A stretch of 63,753 nt of DNA, filler included, from Vannella sp. (lineage: Eukaryota): the NCBI GenBank assembly GCA_023345925.1. It is 4 parts of 4 records of this genome, joined end to end, with 100 filler letters (N's around TTAATTAATTAA, not from the genome) between each part and the next. Parts side by side here need not be neighbours in the genome. Positions count along the whole stretch, not along the records: positions 34,135 to 58,674 come from JAJQQN010000445.1; positions 58,775 to 63,753 come from JAJQQN010000715.1; 2 more parts are not named here. One strand, written 5' to 3'. Made by a program: the position numbers and the translations under genes. Below are positions 57,301 through 63,753 of the stretch, piece by piece (within the stretch, counting starts at the first letter, position 1; each line of letters begins with the position of its first letter). The notes below the pieces were generated by a model, which saw only the letters and a list, made by a program, of their open reading frames with translations, made no database searches and had not been told where the DNA came from.

Positions 57301-58674
57301 GGTGTAAATACGGAACTGTTCGTGCAGTTCTCGGAGTTCTGTGCTCTCAGGCAGAAGTTTCGTGGCTTTGCGGAGAAGAACTTCTGAAGAAGAGCTGAAC
57401 CCGCTCGTTTGGTCAATCCGCTGTGCTGTGGCTTTGTACCAGGTCTCAATGGCACCTGGTGAATGGCTAGAGACGATGTTTGGCTTACTACTGAGCACCT
57501 CTAGCCTTTCTATCTGGTTCAACTCTTCTGGAAAGGCGGCGAGGGAGTCCAATATCATTTCGCGGGCTTTGCATTGTTCAGTCCAGTCTAGAATCCGCCA
57601 GTTGATTGCTACTTCTTGCTCAAGCTGCGGGAGCAATTCATTAAAGAGAGCCGGATCTGTGGTGGGAGGGAGGCTATTCAAAATGGCAAGGCGATCCTGA
57701 TTCAGCCGAATGGAAAGACAAAACGCTCTAGAAAGTGCTTCTGTGAGCTCCAGCTGAGCCAACTCCACCGCAATAAGCTCTAAATTGCAGTTTCTGAACT
57801 CGCTAAACTGTTGTTGAAAGCAGTCGCTCTCATCTGCTGCAGACGGAAGAATGCAAGCTTGGTAAACATACAATCTGTCCAGATTATTCAACAACATCAA
57901 ACGTTGATAGAATAGCGTAGCTTCCACTACTGGAGAATCGGTTGGAGAGTCCGGAATAACCAATAGAGCTAGTGTCGCCGGAATATCGCTGGTGTTCCGC
58001 TCCTCCCAAGAAGAGAATGGGACACGATAGGAACCAGATGGGACGGTTTGATACAGTCCATACACGTATAATAGACTTGCTTCTCTAATGGTGCGCCCAA
58101 TGAAGTTGAGACATTGGTCTAATACCCATGCTCGGTTTTGAATGGGATCCAAAGCAGACTGAATAGTGGAAACTGTTAATTCGGACGTCAGTGACCAACG
58201 GCATTGGTAGACAATATCGGGATCCAAGTCATAAAAGTGAGCCATTGATAACGCATCCTCAAGATGACCGAGGGCGGCCTTCTCAAGTACAAATTGGGTT
58301 GGTGTGATGGACTGAAATTCCAGAAGTCTGGTCGTATTGCGGAAGAAGAACTGGTTCTTGGATTCTTCACTTTCTTCATTCTTATTCTCATCATTGAGGA
58401 AGCTTATTGCCTCTCCCATCGCACTGGTGAGTTGAGAGTCGATTAGCTCCGCAGTAGTCAAGTCATTACGTTGCTCCGCGTCACAGAGACGGATCTCCTG
58501 CTTGTTTGTCTCAAGAATGAAGAATCGACTGCCGTCAGAAGCTATGCTGAGCTGGGATCTGGGCTCAAAAACCTCTGCAGACCCTCCAATGACATTCGAA
58601 AGGTCTTCTACATCGTGCATAGAGAGGTCCCCATTTCCCCAAAGAACAGCCAAAACATGAGAAGACCACCAAGT
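54340..58674 (-). CDS. NBAS: NBAS/Sec39 (NRZ complex) protein, 5'-truncated by the contig end
   Basis: ALSMAHFYDLDPDIVYQCRW, WVLDQCL, RLAILNSLPPTTDP, WYKATAQRIDQTSG, ALKCVYLCTSTDQW, VKEYFNSS. Confidence 0.88.
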   Translation of the reverse strand, partial: TWWSSHVLAVLWGNGDLSMHDVEDLSNVIGGSAEVFEPRSQLSIASDGSRFFILETNKQEIRLCDAEQRNDLTTAELIDSQLTSAMGEAISFLNDENKNEESEESKNQFFFRNTTRLLEFQSITPTQFVLEKAALGHLEDALSMAHFYDLDPDIVYQCRWSLTSELTVSTIQSALDPIQNRAWVLDQCLNFIGRTIREASLLYVYGLYQTVPSGSYRVPFSSWEERNTSDIPATLALLVIPDSPTDSPVVEATLFYQRLMLLNNLDRLYVYQACILPSAADESDCFQQQFSEFRNCNLELIAVELAQLELTEALSRAFCLSIRLNQDRLAILNSLPPTTDPALFNELLPQLEQEVAINWRILDWTEQCKAREMILDSLAAFPEELNQIERLEVLSSKPNIVSSHSPGAIETWYKATAQRIDQTSGFSSSSEVLLRKATKLLPESTELRELHEQFRIYTSIIYESDASIHWDDFLSCDKFGILQRILDNSSRHMIASDVHSRCSLLIQQANKDLGSVVIGPAADIEAWILPRYLIKLAKVNRIDLVAPILNSLVDPSAPSFESERALIPSEVVFIQTALKCVYLCTSTDQWPAMNDIYTSIPEREPQTEDVFYQNLHDQVDSFCVHLAACEMLANYSLALPLNSFRNLNPNSARQMIQRVCAQAGKGHNLTDKEWLEILSVILDLREKVFEFISTDFCYSSFCEALLFQQKFDLAKEYLVKSAKAPSILIKAVKEYFNSSTSPYDGSFAHAETCLTLLPAVQDSPEGQFELCLIKATRILYKKFQYSKVPISIRLADKEELIQDLITTSPRAYTDPESLLQLYRLFFPDNKSKKKDNELLTEVANAAFIKGDYGKALNLCQRLIDRNCTSSWKVAIKLGFAPSHAELIHSVRLDLLQFGLCYCPSSKVQSVLAQINHLKCLEHTVPPGDEDVFDCLLQSPIESHSLLQSKREQLSEKANEGDLDASKLLLELDMQSTLTLYDFHITQSEALENSTRNNALLSSSLHNFRQQHLQVAFSLLFQAIEQEDFLPQANAFFQKEILCVSQEDGENQAWEWPTESLVFDKDLTLYIKMICFALSSRYLLHELKMEFQEFIHHHNLEEVLDKAVSEASPSSSSAYLRTLSFYSSLLVQPESKTFQEEPIPHSFGSKEQLSDYFLSLLSKSNNLSDLQELESLLKDWSLSPPLPQRLLGDQENGLGDTLHLSWFNLLSRTITIGDVENALDLFLSRRLSFSETEEREFARLLQACETNTCLSLFSRLKMALHSQHDSIKKVGLEELLVILKQDSLRATSPPYQMCDASMARIIMEEKSDNLQDIIVIPSFYQAAVLAVQDNTVWDTVVPSLQGLAFPRDGKASHSLLFFVATLVKLGFIENAAQVVNNALRLPSPFGDWSNSLQALYKFLHTQHSSNSPAKAQQFLTTSFIESPLWDFSFELCQEALQLLPK

Positions 58675-58774
58675 NNNNNNNNNNNNNNNNNNNNNNNNNN
58701 NNNNNNNNNNNNNNNNNNTTAATTAATTAANNNNNNNNNNNNNNNNNNNNNNNNNNNNNNNNNNNNNNNNNNNN
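58675..58774. other. Artificial contig-joining linker
   Basis: N44-TTAATTAATTAA-N44. Confidence 0.97.
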
Positions 58775-60588
58775 TCCAGCGCCAAGAAGTTGCTCCAGTA
58801 CGTTCTGAGGCCAAGAAAGTTGAGCCATTCGTCCCCATTGTTGTAGGACAGAAAAAGGACAACAAAAAGGAAGACAATAAGCCTCTTCCCGCCAAAAAGC
58901 CTCTTCCCGCGAAGGCAAAGGTTTCCAGTGCAGAGAAGAAAACTGGAAGTCCTTCTGCTGCCCCTAAAAAGGCGTCTTCTTCTGCCAGTACCCCAAAGAA
59001 GGCAGCACCAGTGGAAGAGGAAGAAGAAGAGCCGCGACTGGGAATGGGAAAGAAGGAGAACCCAATTATCATTCCCAAGCCGAAGAAGGTCGTTCACCAG
59101 ATGACTTCGACTTCTCGCGCTGCCATTGCCTCCAGCCTTTCTAATAGCACTGACAAAGTCCACCTCAATCTGGTCGTGGTCGGCCATGTGGATGCTGGAA
59201 AGAGCACCACAATGGGAAGACTACTTCTGGAATTGGGGAACATCGACCAGCGCACCATGCACAAGTACAGGAAGCTAGCTGCAGAAGAGGGAAAGTCTTC
59301 TTTCGTTTACGCTTGGATTCTTGACGAGCATGTTGGCAAGTGTGTTGAGAGCTTTTAGGAGTCCTACTAATGTTAGTGTGTGCAGAGGAGAGGTCCCGAG
59401 GAGTCACTATCGACGTCGGACTGAATTACTTTGAAACTCCCACAAAGCGCGTTACTCTCTTAGACGCACCTGGCCACAAGGATTTTGTTCCGAATATGAT
59501 CACAGGTGCTGCACAGGCAGATTGTGCACTTCTGATGGTGGATTCTACGGTGGGAGAGTTTGAAACTGGACTGACAGACGATGGGCAGACCAAGGAGCAC
59601 ACCGTTCTTCTCCGAAGCTTGGGTGTGGAACATCTTGTTGTCGTTGTTAACAAGTTAGACATGGTGAACTACTCACAGGAACGTTTTGACTTTATTGTGG
59701 ATGAAATGCGCAAGTTTTTGAAGCAAGCTGGCTACAAGGGTGAGTGCTCCGACCTTTCACATCTCATTTCTCACCATGGTAATCAAGCTAGAGCAGTCCG
59801 TTTCATTCCCGTGAGTGGATTCCAAGGAGAGAACCTTGTACAGAGGACAGATGAGCGCCTATGTTGCTGGTATTCAGGCCAGACACTTTTGGAGGCTATT
59901 GACTGCTTTGAAGCCCCTCAACGCTCCGTGGATGGACCCTTCAGGATGTGCGTGTCCGATGTCTACAGAAACATTCCCCTTGGACTGGCTTGCAGTGGGA
60001 AGGTCGAATCAGGTCTAGTCGGTGTAGGAGACAATGTACTGACACCCCGCTTTACTTCTGCACTATCTAACCTTTGCGCAGCTGTTAGCCATTCCTGGGT
60101 ATGAGATCTGTACTGTGAAGGCTGTGGAGGTCCAAGACACTACCAAGACCTTTGCCTCTGCAGGAGACAATGTTTCTCTTGGTTTGACTGGCTTGGATTC
60201 CATTAATATTGGGATTGGTCACTTCTTGTGTGATCCTCAACATCCAATTCCTTTCACCAATCGTTTCATGGCAAAGATTATCACATTCAAGCTCAAGTAT
60301 CCGCTCACTCAGGGTTCCGCAGTGACTATGCAATATCAGAATGTCACTGTCGAGGCCGTCATTATCCGATTGCAGGAAATTTTAGACAAGACAACAGGAG
60401 CCACTTCCGGCAAGCGCCCTCGTAGCGTTGGCGACTCTACAGCTGCACTAGTAGCTATCAAAACAGAGCAGCCAGTGTGCGTCGAGTTGTTCAATAAGAA
60501 CAAGCAACTAGGGCGCTTCACTCTGCGAGATAACGGGCTTACCATTGCGACTGGAGTCATCACAAAACTGCTCCTCAGGAAACCCTGA
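58775..60588 (+). CDS. HBS1: HBS1-like translational GTPase, 5'-partial, multi-exon
   Basis: [87 protein letters not shown]. Confidence 0.92.
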
Positions 60589-60636
60589 TGAAATCTCTTC
60601 ACTCAAATACAGGGCGCTTTTGAGCGATGTTTAAAG

Positions 60637-61736
60637 CTATATCGATGCGGTATCGTACTTAACAAAGGGAACAAATCCAATGTACCACGAGTATTGGGTA
60701 TTCTTGCGTTCCAAAACATATTTGCAACGGACAAACCAAAGCGTTGTCACCATCAGGTAGGCCGCTGTGGCCGTCCCAAGGTGCCAAAAAGAATGCAGCT
60801 TGAACAATCGAACAAAAGGAGAGCAGAAAATGATCTCCGAAGCCTGTTCTTGTCAATGAATGGTAAAACTCCCTTCCCAGTCCAAGTCACTTACCCAAAC
60901 AGTAACAGACAGAGCTGTAAAGAAGATGCATGGTACCCCTAATTGCAGGTCTTTTCGTGGTAGAATAGCTAAGAAAGTCCGGCTTATCCAAAAGGTATAA
61001 AGAACGAACCCTGCCCAACTAATGGCCTTGTGAGAGGTGTTTGATGACGCTAGTGAGTTCCTACCCGGTCTGGAAAAGTGTAGGAATGGGATAGAAGAAG
61101 TAGAATATGCTGAAGAGAGATACAACAACTACAATGGCCCTTGGAAGGAGAGGATACTAGAATGGCGGTTAAACGGAGGGGGAATGCACATTGATTTCCA
61201 CGTACGCTCATTTGGATAGTAGGATGTTCTTTGCAGACGTAGAAAACTACGCAGAAGAGGTAGAGCATTGGTAGTTCGTCGCAAAGCTGCGCAGAAAACT
61301 GCAACGTTCCGTGGAACATGGCTGATCCCACTCCGATGACTCCTATGGACAGGTAGGCTGCCAGGTAGCGCTTCTCCACTAAGTAGAGATGTTAAGTAAC
61401 TGCATTAGACGAGAGAGACAGACACTAACTGTTGCGGTGGAGGGAAACGCCAACAAGAGCGGCAATCAGATACGCCGCGTTACTGAGGGTGTTGTAGAAC
61501 TCCGCAATGTAGTAACTCACAACATAGTTGGACTCACACCAGTCAAGAGTAGCTGTTGCTGGTCCCCAATAACCAGGCAGATCCTCCACATGTTCCAATC
61601 CCTTCTCCTTGGATTGGTCCACGAGGAGAAGCGCCAAGGACGTAGTGATAGCCACCACCGCTACTAACCGAAAGAACCTCGTATCAGGTACCTTTGCAGC
61701 TCCAACCACCGGCTGCGGGATGTTGCTCGCCGCCAT
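60637..61736 (-). CDS. Alkaline ceramidase (ACER3-like, CREST family), multi-exon
   Basis: GYWGPATATLDWCESNYVVSYYIAEFYNTLSN, GVGSAMFHGTL..QLCDELPM, LHSFWH. Confidence 0.9.
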
Positions 61737-61967
61737 AGACCAAAAAAGTAGAAAAATCTTTGAAACCGCAGCACCTCTCACCTCCTTCAACAGTTTCAAA
61801 CCCCCAATCATATTATCTGTCATTAAAAACGCCAACAATTTGTGACTCCGGAGTTGCAATTCCACCGGTTCGAGGTTGAAAAGGAAAATGCCAACGAAAT
61901 GGAATTTGGTTTTCCTTTCCTTTTTTGCGTGGCTATGAGTCATGGAATGTGGTCCATCTTATCTGTA

Positions 61968-63316
61968 TTAGGGTTGCTCTGGGCCAAGGAGTTGGAGGAC
62001 TTTCTTGCAGATTCTGCATTCGGCCAGATGGACGCATTCATCAAGCTTTTGGAGGAAAGGGGAAGGCAGATGCTCTTGAGCTTTCCATTCATGAAAACGG
62101 TTGATGTATGCATCCCAGTCACTAAGGAAAGGACTGAGAAACTCTGCCAGTCCTTCTGCAGTTGGGTATTGCCGAACATCCACAATCGAGTCTTGGTGTG
62201 GCAAGAAGTCCTCAACATTAGGGGCTCCCAAATAGATAGGCACAGCTCCAGAAAGCAGAGTCTGCGAGAGTTCTGGACAAATCCTGAATCCCTGAATGAG
62301 AACTGCGCCCTTTCCCGAATCTAAAACTCACCAATTGGTTTCCTGCACTTGCTCGAAGATGATAATGAACCGATATTTCCCCATATGCTCAACACGTTGA
62401 TCTAGGGAGTACGGGGAGGGCGCTTCAGCGTTCTTTCCTTGTCCTGCGAAGGTATCAATAGTGAGCAATTCTCGGAGACGGCTCATGTAAGGCTGGAATG
62501 CTTCAGGAGTAGACCCTTTGAAGTCAGCGATCCCAACAGAGGCTCCATTTCTATGTGGCAGAGCAGTTGAGGTGGGCATCCGAAGGAAACGAGGATTTGG
62601 ATAGCCCCAGTTGCACATGAGAGTCACTGGCAGATCTGCCCAGTCTTGTGGAGCCACTGTGAAGTCAAAGCGCGTGCGTAAGGTCTCATTAGCGACCACC
62701 ATGGGGTAAGAAGTCGACGATTCGTAATGGAAGAGGCCCAAAAGCTGTTTGGGATTAGGAGAAGGCCAAGGAATGGGAAGCTGAGTATCCTTTCCATAGA
62801 ACTGGAAGTGGTTTACAAGCTAACACGCGGTAAGGGCTCAGTAAAGGCACAGTGCGTGACTGACCTCCATTACTACCGCATCTGCGCGGGGCACCAGAGC
62901 TTGATCGTGGCTTATATGACAGTGAACGTCACACCCCTTAGTGATGTAAGCTCCTTCAGCTTGCCACTTCAAGCGTTGAGGTATCCGTCGTTGAAAAAGG
63001 TCTCCTGTGTCTGTTTCCAACGTCAGCTTGCCAATGGCAAGTTGCGTGCAGGACTGCACCATGACTTACGCTCTCCCCAAGCAGGCCACACACCAGTGTT
63101 CCAAGGGTAAGCAGCACCTTCAGGAAAGCCGTGGTACATCACAACCAAAGGAGAGTGGAGGTTCCCCACTCCGCGCTCCAAAAGGGATTCGGCCCGCCAA
63201 TGCTCCCACTCCCTGGAGATCTGAACACCACCGGCTAGACAGAGAACGGACACAGCAAAGAGGAGGACCTGACGAAAGTTCCAAGCGCGAGGACCGCCCA
63301 CTCTTTTCTTTTGCAT
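61968..63316 (-). CDS. GT10 alpha-1,3/4-fucosyltransferase-like type II membrane protein, multi-exon
   Basis: N-terminal TM, GCDVHC...ADAVVME, HYESS, MGKYRFIIIFE, LPIYLGAPNVEDFLPHQDSIVDV. Confidence 0.78.
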
Positions 63317-63331
63317 GGCGAAAAAAGAATG

Positions 63332-63402
63332 TGCATCAGCCGGGAATCGAACCCGGGTCCAACGCTTGGAAGGCGTCGATGCTGCCACTATACCACTGAT
63401 GC
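63332..63402 (-). tRNA. tRNA-Gly(TCC)
   Basis: GCATCAGTGGTATAGTGGCAGCATCGACGC-CTTCCAA-GCGTTGGACCCGGGTTCGATTCCCGGCTGATGCA folds as a cloverleaf; T6 terminator at 63321-63326. Confidence 0.96.
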
Positions 63403-63753
63403 GCGCCCAAGGGAGGCATCAAAATTTCGGACTTTGTCATAATATCACCTTGTTGAGTGTTCAATGGTGCATTTTTGCGGATTTTTTGAGGATTTGTTTT
63501 GGGGACGATCTGATTACAAGATGGTGCTGGAACGGGGGGTCCTTCGTTGACTCAGTCAGAGATCTTTTCTGGTTGCACACCTGGGCCGTTTATCCCGTAC
63601 GGAAAAATAAACGAAACGTACAAGATCGGTACGTCCGATTCACTTTCAGGGAAATGGTCCTCTATGATGATTGGTTGATTTCCAGTACTAAATCCTCGAA
63701 ATGAGGAGATTTCTGCTGGAAATTGGCGAGACCACTTTGTGGGTCGAGCCGAT

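Noticed and set aside
23674..58774. Three identical TTAATTAATTAA palindromes flanked by N runs
   Set aside because: Artificial six-frame-stop contig linkers, not biological repeats. Gene neighbourhoods across them were ignored.
458..63704. Numerous 60-240 aa ORFs antisense to or overlapping the called genes (e.g. 458-967, 24168-24695, 35459-36187, 48244-48777)
   Set aside because: Shadow ORFs without motifs, explained by the coding strand of recognised genes or by chance.

Overview
Gene-dense eukaryotic nuclear DNA from a protist. It uses the standard code, has very short spliceosomal introns (about 44-66 nt) and intergenic gaps often under 150 nt. A TKL kinase with a C-terminal SH2 domain (Shk type) points to Amoebozoa, which is an inference. 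The window is four contigs joined by artificial N44-TTAATTAATTAA-N44 linkers, so synteny across 23674, 34035 and 58675 is meaningless. Most of the roughly 33 genes are housekeeping: PEX19, an AGC kinase, a GH3/GHDC protein, a GATA factor, ASPDH, an RCC1-repeat protein, Ras, a SAPS/PP6R subunit, XRCC1, NAA25, Rab21, a dual-specificity phosphatase, SIAE, INO80, Shk, SRAP/HMCES, CDS, USO1, NBAS, HBS1, ACER, a GT10 fucosyltransferase, tRNA-Trp and tRNA-Gly. Three loci stand out. (1) An intronless ORF of about 940 aa (35780-38608) carries the SAMD9/SAMD9L-type STAND NTPase (PGSGGTT)-TPR-OB architecture. It is a candidate protist innate antiviral sensor with no N-terminal effector, and it abuts a mosaic of decayed UBA6 and eIF3e fragments. 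(2) A spliced TERB2-like meiotic telomere-bouquet gene (16946-17839) is invisible in the ORF track. (3) A FAD6/DesA-like domain that has lost all His boxes is fused to an intact cytochrome-b5 front-end desaturase. All family assignments come from motif recognition and reference sequences recalled from memory; no database search was run.
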